A stretch of 64,000 nt of DNA from Actinomycetes bacterium. GTDB taxonomy: Bacteria > Actinomycetota > Actinomycetes > Streptosporangiales > Streptosporangiaceae. The notes under the pieces were generated by a model, which worked only from the letters and a program-made list of their open reading frames with translations, did no database searches and had not been told where the DNA came from. Position 1 is the first letter of the stretch; each line of letters starts with the position of its first letter. A program made the translations under genes and the position numbers. This document shows positions 8,957 to 18,672 of the stretch, piece after piece. The stretch covers positions 8,700 to 72,699 of the forward strand of contig JAJYTW010000002.1 in the NCBI GenBank assembly GCA_021792855.1, given 5' to 3'.

Positions 8957-10570
8957 GCCGCCGGTCACCACCCGGATCGCCGGGCCGATCGCGGCGAGCA
9001 GGTCACTGGCCCCGATCGGGGCGCCGCTCGCGGCCAGGCGACCGGCCAGGCCGTGCAGATAGGCGGCGGCCGCCGCGGCGCTGGCCACCGGCCGCACCCC
9101 CTGTGCGAGCAGGGCGCCGGTCAGGCCGGTCAGCACGTCACCGGAACCCGCCGTGGCCAGCCAGGCGGTGCCGGTCGGATTGACCAGCACCGGGGCGGCC
9201 GGGTCGGGCGTGGCTACCACCGTGGTCGACCCCTTCAGCAGCACGGTGACCCCGAGGTCGGCCGCGGCCCGGCGGGCGAACTCGGCCCGGCGCGCCTCGA
9301 TGTCGGCGATGTCCGCGCCGATCAGCCTGCTCAGTTCGCCGGCATGCGGCGTGATCACGGTCGGGGCGCCGTCCGGCCGGGCCAGCAGGTCGCGATGCCC
9401 GGCCAGCACGGTCAGCGCGTCGGCGTCGAGCAGCACCGGAAGCGGCGTCGCGAGCACGGCGCCAAGCAGCGCGGTGGCCGCCGGACCGGTGCCGAGCCCC
9501 GGGCCGGCCGCCCAGGCCTGCACCCGGCCGGCCTCGGCCACGGCGGCCGCGGGGTCGGCCGGATCGACCTGGGTGATCACCGCCTCCGGCCAGTGCTGGC
9601 GCACCACGTCGGCGGCCCGGGCGGCGGAGACCAGTCGGACCATGCCCGCGCCGCCGCGCACCGCCGCGCCGACGCTGAGCACCGCGGCGCCGGTGTACCG
9701 CTCGCTCCCGGCCAGCACGCCGAGCACGCCGCGGCGGTACTTGTTGGACTCCGCGCCGGGCGCGGGCAGCAGGCCGGCCACGTCCTCGGACTGCAGGGCG
9801 CGAGCGGCAACGGCACGGTCGGCCAAGTGCGGCCGCAGGCCGATGTCGACTAGCTCGACGGTGCCGGACCGGCCAGCGCCGGGGTCGATAAGCAAACCGG
9901 GCTTTATCGTCCCGAAGGTGACGGTTAGGTCGGCGGCGACGGAGGCGCCGGCCACCTCGCCGGTGTCGGCGTCCACCCCGCTGGGCAGGTCGACGGCGAC
10001 GACCACGGCGCCGCCGGCGCGGGCCCTGGCCGCCAGTCCGGCGAGTGCGGCAGCCGGCTCGCGGAGCCCGCCATGCCCGCCGATGCCGAGGATCCCGTCC
10101 AGGATCAGGTCCGCCGACCCGATCACCGCGGTGGCGTCCGCCCACGCCTCATCCCGCACGTCACCCGCCGCGCCACCGGGCGCCGTGCCACCGGGCGCCG
10201 TGCCGCTGAGCACCGTGCCGCTGAGCACCGTGCCGCCGGCCGCTGTCAGCGCCCGGGCACCAGCCTCGTGCAGCCTGGGGCCGGCGGCGATCACGGTGAC
10301 CCGGGCGCCGCGCCCGGCCAGGCTGGCGGCGGCGAACAGCGCGTCGCCGCCGTTGTCGCCCGTGCCCGCCAGGACCACGACCCGCGCGCCGTAGACCCGG
10401 CCGAGCAACCGAACGCAGACCGCGGCCAGACCGGCCGCCGCCCGGCGCATCAGCTCACCGTCTGGGACCAGCGCCATCAGATCACGCTCGGCGGCACGGA
10501 CGTCGGCGACCGCGTGCGCGGTCCTCACCGGGCCGCCAGCGCCGTGCTGTTCCACGCCGTGCTGTTCCAC
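8936..10570 (-). CDS. nnr: bifunctional NAD(P)H-hydrate repair enzyme (epimerase / ADP-dependent dehydratase)
   Basis: YjeF_N motif GTGDNGGDALFAA and C-terminal kinase-fold motif ATAGSGDVLTGL. The exact start is uncertain (GTG 10570 or 10555) because the 5' end lies in a tandem repeat. Confidence 0.85.
   Translation of the reverse strand: MEQHGVEQHGAGGPVRTAHAVADVRAAERDLMALVPDGELMRRAAAGLAAVCVRLLGRVYGARVVVLAGTGDNGGDALFAAASLAGRGARVTVIAAGPRLHEAGARALTAAGGTVLSGTVLSGTAPGGTAPGGAAGDVRDEAWADATAVIGSADLILDGILGIGGHGGLREPAAALAGLAARARAGGAVVVAVDLPSGVDADTGEVAGASVAADLTVTFGTIKPGLLIDPGAGRSGTVELVDIGLRPHLADRAVAARALQSEDVAGLLPAPGAESNKYRRGVLGVLAGSERYTGAAVLSVGAAVRGGAGMVRLVSAARAADVVRQHWPEAVITQVDPADPAAAVAEAGRVQAWAAGPGLGTGPAATALLGAVLATPLPVLLDADALTVLAGHRDLLARPDGAPTVITPHAGELSRLIGADIADIEARRAEFARRAAADLGVTVLLKGSTTVVATPDPAAPVLVNPTGTAWLATAGSGDVLTGLTGALLAQGVRPVASAAAAAAYLHGLAGRLAASGAPIGASDLLAAIGPAIRVVTGGSAAGLG
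10173..10232. repeat. two adjacent perfect 15-nt duplications inside nnr (GTAPG x2, GTVLS x2)
   Basis: ccaccgggcgccgtg x2, then ccgctgagcaccgtg x2. Confidence 0.9.
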
Positions 10571-10600
10571 GGCGCGCTGTTCGACGGCGCGCTACTCCAC
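10541..10600. repeat. 15-nt tandem array, 4 copies, spanning the nnr start and the glmS stop
   Basis: gccgtgctgttccac x2, ggcgcgctgttcgac, ggcgcgctactccac. Confidence 0.9.
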
Positions 10601-12454
10601 TGTGACGGACTTGGCCAGGTTTCGTGGCTGATCGACATCGTGTCCCTTCGCGTCGGCGAGCTCACAGGCGAAGACCTGCAGCGGAACCGTCGCCACCAGC
10701 GGCTGCATCAGCGGCGGCACCACCGGAAGCTCGATCAGCGTGTCGGCGAACTGCGCGACCTTAGCGTCCCCTCGCTCGGCGAGCACGATCGTACGGGCGC
10801 CCCTGGCCCTGATCTCCTGGATGTTGGAGACCACCTTGTCGTGCAGCACCGCCATGTCCTTCGGCGGCGGCACCACCACAGCGACCGGCAGGCCGGGCTC
10901 GATCAGCGCGATCGGGCCGTGCTTCAGCTCGCCCGCCGCGAAGCCCTCGGCGTGCATGTAGGCGAGCTCCTTGAGTTTCAGCGCGCCCTCCAGTGCTACC
11001 GGGTGCCCGACGTGCCTGCCAAGGAACAGCACGCACGGCTCGGCGGCCAGTTCCCTGGCGACCTCGCGGACCGGTCCCATCACCTCGAGCACCTCCTCGA
11101 CCGCGCCGGGCATCGCCCGAAGCTGGTCGAGCACCGTGTCGATCTCGCTGGCGAACATCGTGCCCTGCACCTGGGCGAGGTAGAGGGCGACCACGTAGCA
11201 GGACACCAGTTGGGTCAGGAAGGCCTTGGTCGACGCGACCGCGATCTCCGGTCCGGCGTGGGTGTACACCACGCCGTCGCTCTCCCTGGGGATCGACGAG
11301 CCCCGCACGTTGCAGACCGAGAGCACCCGGCAGTGCTGCTCGCGGGCGTGCCGGACCGCCATCAGGGTGTCCAGCGTCTCCCCGGACTGCGAGATCGCGA
11401 TCACCAGTGTGGTCCTGGTCAGGATCGGCTCGGAGTACCTGAACTCGCTGGCAAGCTGGACGTCGCAGGGGATGTTGCACCAGTGCTCGATCGCGTACTT
11501 GGCGATCAGGCCCGCGTGGTAGGCGGTGCCGCAGGCGAGCACGATGATCTTGTCGACCTGCCGAAGCTCGTCATCGGTCAGCCGCATCTCGTCCAGCATC
11601 AGCCGGCCGGCCGCGTCGGTCCGGCCGACCAGGGCGTCGGCGACCGCCCTCGGCTGCTCGGCGATCTCCTTCGTCATGAACCACTTGAACCCGGCCTTCT
11701 CGGCGGCCTCGGCATCCCAGTCCACGACGAAGTCCCGCACCTGCGCGAGGGTGCCGTCGAAGTTGGTGACGGTCACCGAGTCGGCGCGAATCTCGGCGAC
11801 CTGATCCTGGCCGATCTCGGTGGCCTGCTTGGTGAACGAGATGAACGCGGCGACGTCACTGGCCAGGAAGTTCTCGCCGTGGCCGCGGCCGACCACGAGC
11901 GGCGAGTTGCGGCGCGCCCCGACGACCACGTCCGGATCCCGGGCATCCACGGCGACCAGCGTGAAGGTGCCGTCGAGCCGCTGGCAGACCGCCCGCATCG
12001 CCGCCGCCAGGGACCCGGCGCCCGGCGCGGACTGGCCGGCCACCTCATCCTCGAGCAGGTGCGCGACCAGTTCGGTGTCGGTGTCTGAGCTGATGACGTG
12101 GCCAGCGGCCTGAAGCTGGGCCCGCAGGTCGGCGAAGTTCTCGATGATGCCGTTGTGCACCACCGCGATGTGCTCGCCGCAGTCGGTGTGCGGATGCGCG
12201 TTCGGGTCGGTGGGCGCGCCGTGGGTGGCCCACCGGGTGTGACCGAGACCCACCGTGCCGGCCATCGGCGGGCTCTGCGCCAGCGCCGCGGTGAGGTTGG
12301 CGAGCTTGCCCGCCCGCTTCTCCCAGGCGACCTTGCCGTCGGCAAGCACCGCCACGCCGGCCGAGTCGTACCCCCGGTACTCGAGCTTGCTGAGCCCCTC
12401 GACCACGACGTCCAGCGCCTGACGGGCACCCGCGTACCCCACGATTCCGCACAT
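10592..12454 (-). CDS. glmS: glutamine--fructose-6-phosphate aminotransferase (isomerizing)
   Basis: N-terminal MCGIVGY (Ntn Cys), two SIS domains, C-terminal KSVTVE. Confidence 0.97.
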   Translation of the reverse strand: MCGIVGYAGARQALDVVVEGLSKLEYRGYDSAGVAVLADGKVAWEKRAGKLANLTAALAQSPPMAGTVGLGHTRWATHGAPTDPNAHPHTDCGEHIAVVHNGIIENFADLRAQLQAAGHVISSDTDTELVAHLLEDEVAGQSAPGAGSLAAAMRAVCQRLDGTFTLVAVDARDPDVVVGARRNSPLVVGRGHGENFLASDVAAFISFTKQATEIGQDQVAEIRADSVTVTNFDGTLAQVRDFVVDWDAEAAEKAGFKWFMTKEIAEQPRAVADALVGRTDAAGRLMLDEMRLTDDELRQVDKIIVLACGTAYHAGLIAKYAIEHWCNIPCDVQLASEFRYSEPILTRTTLVIAISQSGETLDTLMAVRHAREQHCRVLSVCNVRGSSIPRESDGVVYTHAGPEIAVASTKAFLTQLVSCYVVALYLAQVQGTMFASEIDTVLDQLRAMPGAVEEVLEVMGPVREVARELAAEPCVLFLGRHVGHPVALEGALKLKELAYMHAEGFAAGELKHGPIALIEPGLPVAVVVPPPKDMAVLHDKVVSNIQEIRARGARTIVLAERGDAKVAQFADTLIELPVVPPLMQPLVATVPLQVFACELADAKGHDVDQPRNLAKSVTVE

Positions 12455-12482
12455 GGATGCCAGGCTAGTACGCGGCGGGCAC

Positions 12483-13886
12483 TCAGCCGACCTTGCGCAC
12501 CACGTCGGCGAGGCGCTCGGCGACCCGCTCGGCGGTGGCCGCGTCGATCGCCTCCACCATCACCCGGACCGCGGGCTCGGTGCCGCTCGGCCGAACCAGC
12601 ACCCGGCCCGACTCGCCGAGTTCGTCGCTGGCGTCGGCCACGGCGGCGGCGAGCACCGCCGATCCGGTGACCGCGGCCTTGTTCACGTCCCGGACGTTCA
12701 GCAGCACCTGCGGGTAGTGCGTCATCACCGCGGCGAGGTCCTTCAGCGGACGGCCACCGCCGGCCACCGCGGCCAGCAGGTGCAGGCTGGTCAGCATCCC
12801 GTCCCCGGTGCTGCCGTGGTCGAGCATGATGATGTGGCCGGACTGCTCGCCGCCGAGCACGAACTTGCCGTCGAGCATCGCCGCGATCAGGTAACGATCC
12901 CCGACCGGCGTCTCGATCACGTCGATGTCGTTCTCGCGCATGGCCCGCCGGAAACCCAGATTCGCCATCACCGTGGCGACCACGGTATCCCCGGCCAGCA
13001 GGCCGGCCTCCTTCAGCCCGAGCGCCAGGATCGCGAGGATCTGGTCCCCGTCCACCACCCTGCCATCGGCGTCAACGGCGAGGCAGCGGTCGGCGTCACC
13101 ATCGAAGGCGATGCCGGCGTCGGCCCGCTCGCTGGTCACCGCCGCACGCAGCGCACCGAGGCTGGTCGAGCCACAGCCGGCGTTGATGTTCAGCCCGTCC
13201 GGATCGGTGCCGATCGCGATCACGTCAGCCCCGGCCGCCCCAAGCAGGCGGGGCGCCAGCCGGTATGCGGCGCCGTGCGCGCAGTCCACGACCACGCGCA
13301 GGCCAGCCAGCGGCCGACGGCCCGCGGCCGGGTCGGCCCCGATCGAGGCGAGCAGGTGCTCAAGGTAGCGCTCGGCCTGGTCGGCGCCGTCCAGCACGCG
13401 GCCAAACCCGGCAGCCGGGATACCGCTCGCCGACGGCGCCGCGACCTCAGCCTCGATCCGGTCCTCGACCTCGTCGGGCAGTTTCAGACCGCCCCGCGCG
13501 AAGAACTTGATGCCATTGTCCGGCGCCGGATTGTGACTCGCCGACAGGACCACGCCAAAGTCGGCGCCGCTGGCGTCGGTGAGGTAGGCCACGCCGGGAG
13601 TCGGGATGACCCCGAGCCTGAGCACATCGACGCCGCTCTCGGCCAGGCCGGCCACCACGGCCGCCTCAAGGAACTCGCCCGAGGCCCGCGGGTCCCGCCC
13701 GACGACGGCCAGCGGCCGCGTTCCGGCACCGGGGATCTCCGCCCAGTCCGGGCTGGGCTGCCGGTCAGCGAGGACATCAGCGCCCAGGACCCGGGCGCCG
13801 GCCGCGGCGACACGCATCGCCAGCGACGCGCCCAGGTCCCGGCCGGCGACGCCGCGCACTCCGTCTGTTCCGAACAGCTGGCCCAT
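12483..13886 (-). CDS. glmM: phosphoglucosamine mutase
   Basis: [13 protein letters not shown]-terminus and the [15 protein letters not shown] phosphoserine loop. Start is ATG 13886, preceded by GGGGAG. The track start 13934 is an over-extension. Confidence 0.95.
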   Translation of the reverse strand: MGQLFGTDGVRGVAGRDLGASLAMRVAAAGARVLGADVLADRQPSPDWAEIPGAGTRPLAVVGRDPRASGEFLEAAVVAGLAESGVDVLRLGVIPTPGVAYLTDASGADFGVVLSASHNPAPDNGIKFFARGGLKLPDEVEDRIEAEVAAPSASGIPAAGFGRVLDGADQAERYLEHLLASIGADPAAGRRPLAGLRVVVDCAHGAAYRLAPRLLGAAGADVIAIGTDPDGLNINAGCGSTSLGALRAAVTSERADAGIAFDGDADRCLAVDADGRVVDGDQILAILALGLKEAGLLAGDTVVATVMANLGFRRAMRENDIDVIETPVGDRYLIAAMLDGKFVLGGEQSGHIIMLDHGSTGDGMLTSLHLLAAVAGGGRPLKDLAAVMTHYPQVLLNVRDVNKAAVTGSAVLAAAVADASDELGESGRVLVRPSGTEPAVRVMVEAIDAATAERVAERLADVVRKVG

Positions 13887-13976
13887 GATTCGCTCCCCCG
13901 AGCAGAGACGATCCCGGTACTGGCGATCTGCCATGGCGGCACCCGATCACTTCGCACCGGCGATCGCCGCCGGCGG

Positions 13977-14486
13977 CTAGCGCTTGGAGTACTGGGGCGC
14001 CTTGCGGGCCTTCTTGAGGCCGGCCTTCTTGCGCTCCTTGATCCTGGCGTCTCTGGTCAGGAAGCCCATCCGCTTCAGAGCCGGCCGGCTAGCCGGGTCC
14101 ACCAGGGTCAGCGCCCGGGCGATGCCCAGCCGCAGCGCCCCCGCCTGGCCCGACACACCGCCACCAGTGATCCTGACCACCACGTCGAACTGTCCCTCGG
14201 CGCCCAGCGTCACGAACGGCTCGCTGACAAGCTGCTGATGCACCTTGTTGGGGAAGTAGACGTCCAGCGAGCGACCGTTGATCAGCCACTGCCCGGTACC
14301 CGGCATCAGGCGCACGCGCGCGATCGCCTCCTTGCGCCGGCCGGTTCCGAGCGCGTGACCGGTGACGACCTGCGGGCGTGTCACGGTCTTGCCCTGAGCC
14401 GTCGCCTCACTGGTTTCGGTGGTGTAGTGCGACAACTGCTCGGCGTCAAGCTCGCCGGACTCCTGCGCGACAGTGGGCTCAGCCAC
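13977..14486 (-). CDS. rpsI: 30S ribosomal protein S9
   Basis: C-terminal [17 protein letters not shown] and [19 protein letters not shown]. Confidence 0.95.
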   Translation of the reverse strand: MAEPTVAQESGELDAEQLSHYTTETSEATAQGKTVTRPQVVTGHALGTGRRKEAIARVRLMPGTGQWLINGRSLDVYFPNKVHQQLVSEPFVTLGAEGQFDVVVRITGGGVSGQAGALRLGIARALTLVDPASRPALKRMGFLTRDARIKERKKAGLKKARKAPQYSKR

Positions 14487-14541
14487 GGTGTCTTCCTCGT
14501 GCTTCCTGATCGGCTCGTGCTGCCTGGGTGGCAGCCTGACG

Positions 14542-15006
14542 TTAGCGGGTCCCGGCCTGCTGCGAGACCTGGGTGATCTCGAACGGCACCGGCTGCTGCG
14601 CCTGGTGCGGGTGCTCCGGCCCGGCGTAGACCTTCAGCTTGCTCAGCATCTGCCTGCCGAGCGTGTTCTTCGGCAGCATGCCCTTGATCGCCTTGGTGAC
14701 GGCGCGCTCCGGGTTCTTCTCCATCAACTCGGAGTAGGCGACCGAATGGAGACCGCCGGGGTAACCCGAGTGCCGGTACGCGCGCTTATCAGCGAGCTTG
14801 TTCCCGGTCAGCACGACCTTGGCGGCGTTCACGATGATGACGAAGTCGCCGGTGTCCACGTGCGGCGCGAAGATCGGCTTGTGCTTGCCGCGCAGCAGAG
14901 TGGCGGCCTGGCTGGCCAGACGGCCGAGAACGATGTCCGACGCGTCGATGACATGCCACTGTCGCTGGACGTCGGCAGCCTTCGGGCTGAAAGTGCGCAC
15001 AGTCAT
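14542..15006 (-). CDS. rplM: 50S ribosomal protein L13
   Basis: [30 protein letters not shown]. Confidence 0.95.
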   Translation of the reverse strand: MTVRTFSPKAADVQRQWHVIDASDIVLGRLASQAATLLRGKHKPIFAPHVDTGDFVIIVNAAKVVLTGNKLADKRAYRHSGYPGGLHSVAYSELMEKNPERAVTKAIKGMLPKNTLGRQMLSKLKVYAGPEHPHQAQQPVPFEITQVSQQAGTR

Positions 15007-15142
15007 GAGCCTTCGCGTGTGAGTCCTGATAGGTGGTACCGCGCCCGGCCGGTGAGCCTAGCGCGGATTATCCGTGGCGCACGGCAGCGGCTGCCCGAGC
15101 GAGCGGGCATGCGAACGCCAATGCGCGAGTGGACGCCAGGTA

Positions 15143-15172
15143 AGGATACCGGCAGTGGGCACCGACGGTCAA
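15143..15172 (-). promoter_or_regulatory. candidate sigma-A-type promoter for rplM-rpsI
   Basis: Read on the minus strand: -35 TTGACC (15172-15167), 18-nt spacer, -10 TATCCT (15148-15143). About 135 nt upstream of the rplM ATG. Confidence 0.4.
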
Positions 15173-15263
15173 AAGAGTCCCCCGAGAAGCCCGTCGCCGG
15201 GCCGGAGCGTTCAATCGAGGCTAGCGTCCTCGGCTGTGCGCCCTAAGCCGGTACGCTCACGGC

Positions 15264-17024
15264 ATGCGCAATGCAGGGGACCGAGCACCCAGCGGGTCCG
15301 TCGGGCGGAGGAGTCGCGCCGCCGCCGGACCCGCGGATCATGCCGCCGCCGGGAGTCCGGGCGCGTCGCTGTTCACCCCCGCCTACCGAGTCAGCCACGC
15401 GGCGCCGGAGGCGGACGGTTTCGGTCAGCCCTATGGCAAGGGTCGGGCGACCGGCGCCGACGGCCCGGATGCCCGACCCTATCGCTACCCGTGGGAGGAC
15501 CCGGAGACCGATGACGACGGCGAGGGCGCACCCGCACCGGGCCGGGCGAGTGACGGCTCCACTGACTGGGAGGACGACTACCCCGGCTATTCCTGGCTGA
15601 TCGGCGAGGACGACGACCAGTCCGGCGGCACCGACTGGTCATCCCTCGGCCTGTCCAGGACGCGGCCGGCCCCGCCGAGCGCCAGTCGGGCGGTCCGCGG
15701 CCTCGCGCCGTATCCCGACGATCCGCTGCCGGTCTACCCGCCGGGGCCGTTCGAGGCCTGGAACCAGGCCCCGGCAGCCGACCCGGGTGCAGACACCGAC
15801 TCAGCCGACGGCGGCTATCGCGGTCCGGCGGATCGCCGCGGCCCGGCCGGTGGCCCGGACCCGGTCGGCGTCCGCCGGGACATCTCGCCGGACCGGCACC
15901 CAGGACAGGTCGCGGCCACGATCAGCCCCACCGATTTCGACACCGACTACGCGATCCCGGCGATCACCGATCCGGTGCTCGGCACTGAGCAGCCCAGCTC
16001 GGGTCGAGACGGTGCGGGCGGGGATGGTGCGGGCCACGGGCGAGACGGCGGCGACCGGCACGGCCAGGACCCGCGGGACCGGGGCCGGAACGGAAGGAGC
16101 CGGCCCGCGGGCGACGCCGACGCCGGCCCGGGGCGGAACGGCTCTCGCCGGATCGGTCGCGGGCAGGCCGGATCTATCAGCCGCCCGGCCCGCGGAGGCA
16201 AGCGCGGCGGGCAGTTGGGCAGCCATCCGGGCGAGCCGGCCGGGAGCCGGGCCCGGTCCGCCGCCCACGCTAAACGACAGCCGGTGCGCCTGGTGATCGG
16301 GGCAGCCATCGTGATCGTCGCCGCAGTGGCGGCATTCCTGGTGACGTCGGTGCCGGGTGCCTCGGCGCCGACGTCGTCCGGCCCGGCGTTCCGCGGCAGC
16401 ACCCAGGCGGCCAAGCCCAAGACTCAGGCCCGGCTATCGCCTCAGGTTCCGGCCGGGCCATGGAAGTACATCAGCTCCCGGTCGACCGATCAGGTGCCGC
16501 TGACGACAGCCGAGTTGTACCCGCAAAGCTTCAATAGCGGCAGGACCGGCTACTCGCGCGCGGTCGTGGCCGCCTCGGCGCACTGCCAGGGCGGCCTGAT
16601 CGGCTCTGGCCTGCAGGCTGCGGTTCGCAAGGCGGGCTGTAGCCAGGCGGTCCGGGCGACCTACCTGTCGCGCGGGATCAAGGTGATGGCGACGATCGGC
16701 GTGTTCAACCTCGCATCCTTCACTAAGGCGACAACGGCAGCCAAGGCGGCGGGAAAGTCCCAGTTCGTCGGGCAGCTTCCGGCCAAGTCCGGGCCGACCA
16801 CCAAGATCGGCGAGGGCACCGGCCTAGAGGAGGCGGTGGTCAAGGGCCATTACCTGGTTCTAGTCTGGGCAGACTTCTTCAACCTGCGGGCACCGAAGAA
16901 GGCGGCTCAGCGCACCGAACTCGAGAACTTCATGACCCAGTTGATCCGGCATACGGTCAACGTCAGCCTTAGCTACCGGATGGTCTACGGCAAGCCCAAT
17001 CCGGCCGGTCAGGGGGCCGGTTAG
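15264..17024 (+). CDS. hypothetical membrane-anchored protein (about 330-aa Pro/Gly/Asp/Arg-rich N-terminus, one TM helix, about 220-aa C-terminal domain with two Cys)
   Basis: It is the only long plus-strand ORF here that is not antisense to a recognised gene. TM segment is LVIGAAIVIVAAVAAFLVTSV. I recognise no family motif. The start codon is uncertain. Confidence 0.55.
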   Translation: MRNAGDRAPSGSVGRRSRAAAGPADHAAAGSPGASLFTPAYRVSHAAPEADGFGQPYGKGRATGADGPDARPYRYPWEDPETDDDGEGAPAPGRASDGSTDWEDDYPGYSWLIGEDDDQSGGTDWSSLGLSRTRPAPPSASRAVRGLAPYPDDPLPVYPPGPFEAWNQAPAADPGADTDSADGGYRGPADRRGPAGGPDPVGVRRDISPDRHPGQVAATISPTDFDTDYAIPAITDPVLGTEQPSSGRDGAGGDGAGHGRDGGDRHGQDPRDRGRNGRSRPAGDADAGPGRNGSRRIGRGQAGSISRPARGGKRGGQLGSHPGEPAGSRARSAAHAKRQPVRLVIGAAIVIVAAVAAFLVTSVPGASAPTSSGPAFRGSTQAAKPKTQARLSPQVPAGPWKYISSRSTDQVPLTTAELYPQSFNSGRTGYSRAVVAASAHCQGGLIGSGLQAAVRKAGCSQAVRATYLSRGIKVMATIGVFNLASFTKATTAAKAAGKSQFVGQLPAKSGPTTKIGEGTGLEEAVVKGHYLVLVWADFFNLRAPKKAAQRTELENFMTQLIRHTVNVSLSYRMVYGKPNPAGQGAG

Positions 17025-17887
17025 CCGACCGGAGCGACGTCCGGGCCCGCGGCCGCAGGCTCTCCGCGCACCCGGCGCGTCCGGGCCGCGCGCGCCGCGT
17101 ACAGGCCCGGGTCCGGATAACGGACCTCCTCCAGGCACAGCGGATGCGGCGGGGCGACCGTGACGGCCGGATTTCTGACCCGCGCCGCGAGCACTTCGGC
17201 CAGCCACTCCGGTGGCTGTCGGCCATCTCCCACCGCCAGCAGTGCGCCGGTCAGCGCCCGGACCATGTTGTGGCAGAACGCGTCGGCCACCACGGCGCCG
17301 ATCGCAACCCCCTGGTCGACCCGCTGCCAGTCGAGCCTGAATAGCTCCCGGATCGTACTCGCGCCCGGTCGCCGGCGGCAGAACGCCGCGAAGTCATGCT
17401 CGCCGAGGCAGGCCCCGGCGGCAGCGTTCATCGCGGCCAGATCGAGCGGACGCGGATGCCACAGCGTGTCGCCACGGCGCACCGGGTCCGCGAACGCGGG
17501 ATCGTCGCAGACCCGGTAGCTGTATCGGCGCCAGAGCGCTGAGAACCGGGCGTCGAAACCGGCGGGCGCCTCGGTGAGCGCACGGACCCGCAGGTCGGGC
17601 GGGAGCAGCCGATTCAGCCGGGCGGCCGCCCGGTCGGCGGCCGCGGACCAGCAGGTGGCTGGCACGTCACAATGCGCCACCTGGCCGCGGGCATGCACCC
17701 CCGCGTCGGTCCGGCCCGCGACGACCAGAGCGGGTGGCTCGGCTAGCCTGAGCACGAGCCTCAGCGCGTGCTCGAGGATCTCCTGAACAGTGCGCACGCC
17801 GGGTTGCGCCGCCCAGCCATGAAACCCGGCGCCGTCGTAACGAAGATCGACCCTGACCCGGACCAGCCGACCATCACCCGGTGGCAC
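17021..17887 (-). CDS. truA: tRNA pseudouridine(38-40) synthase TruA
   Basis: VRVDLRYDGAGFHGWA and the catalytic GRTDAGVHA. I chose GTG 17887 (GGAG 8 nt upstream, giving 288 aa). The track start 18082 overlaps rplQ by about 100 nt. Other in-frame GTGs occur at 17914, 17929 and 17944. Confidence 0.85.
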   Translation of the reverse strand: MPPGDGRLVRVRVDLRYDGAGFHGWAAQPGVRTVQEILEHALRLVLRLAEPPALVVAGRTDAGVHARGQVAHCDVPATCWSAAADRAAARLNRLLPPDLRVRALTEAPAGFDARFSALWRRYSYRVCDDPAFADPVRRGDTLWHPRPLDLAAMNAAAGACLGEHDFAAFCRRRPGASTIRELFRLDWQRVDQGVAIGAVVADAFCHNMVRALTGALLAVGDGRQPPEWLAEVLAARVRNPAVTVAPPHPLCLEEVRYPDPGLYAARAARTRRVRGEPAAAGPDVAPVG

Positions 17888-17909
17888 CGGGACGGCTCCA
17901 GCCGGATCT

Positions 17910-17954
17910 GGCACTGCCAAGTCCGGCACTGCGAGGCCAGGCACTGTCAGGCCA
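17910..17954. repeat. 15-nt tandem repeat, 3 copies, in the rplQ-truA spacer (or the truA 5' end)
   Basis: ggcactgccaagtcc / ggcactgcgaggcca / ggcactgtcaggcca. Confidence 0.85.
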
Positions 17955-17978
17955 GATACCGCCGAGTCCGGCGTCGTG

Positions 17979-18620
17979 CTACTTGGCGTCGGCCTCGTCG
18001 GAGCCCGCCTCGGCCTCGGTCGCGTCAGCGGTGTCGCTCTGCTCAGCCGCGGCCTCGGAGGTCGGGCCGACCTCGGCGACAACCTCGGTCACCTGCGCCT
18101 CGGCCTCGGTCTCGGTCGCCGTGGCCTCGGTCGCCTCCGCCTCGGCCGCCGTGGCCGCTGCCTCGGTAGCCTCCGCCTCGGCGGCCTGGGCGGCGGCGCC
18201 AGACCGCTGGCCGGCCGCCTGCTGACCCCGGCGGGCCCGGCGGCGCTGCGGCCTCGCCGCGGCCTCCTCGCGCACCAGCTCGATCACCGCCATCGGCGCG
18301 CTGTCACCCTTGCGCATGCCAACCTTGGTGATCCGGGTGTATCCGCCGTCCCGGCTGGCGTAGCTCGGTCCGATCTCGTCGAAGAGGGTCTTCACCACGG
18401 TCTTGTCGGTGACCACGGTCAGCACCTGACGCCGCGCGTGCAGGTCACCGCGCTTGGCGAAGGTGATCAGCCGCTCGGCCACCGGCCGCAGCCGACGGGC
18501 GCGGGCCTGAGTCGTGGTGATCTTGCCGTGCTCGAACAGCGCGGTGGCGAGATTCGCCAGCATGTGCTGCTGGTGCGCTGCGCTGCCGCCCATTCGGCGA
18601 CCCTTGGTGGGCGTGGGCAT
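17979..18620 (-). CDS. rplQ: 50S ribosomal protein L17 with an Ala/Glu/Thr-rich C-terminal extension
   Basis: [37 protein letters not shown], followed by an acidic tail of about 75 aa. Confidence 0.95.
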   Translation of the reverse strand: MPTPTKGRRMGGSAAHQQHMLANLATALFEHGKITTTQARARRLRPVAERLITFAKRGDLHARRQVLTVVTDKTVVKTLFDEIGPSYASRDGGYTRITKVGMRKGDSAPMAVIELVREEAAARPQRRRARRGQQAAGQRSGAAAQAAEAEATEAAATAAEAEATEATATETEAEAQVTEVVAEVGPTSEAAAEQSDTADATEAEAGSDEADAK

Positions 18621-18672
18621 CGAAAGACTCTCCTTGAGTTCGTGCTACCTGACCGGCCCGGTGGCGGGACGG

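Noticed and set aside
12455-12482. Possible glmS ribozyme or leader upstream of glmS.
   Set aside because: Only 28 nt separate the glmM stop from the glmS start, so there is no room for the roughly 170-nt ribozyme. From memory, this ribozyme is not typical of actinobacteria.
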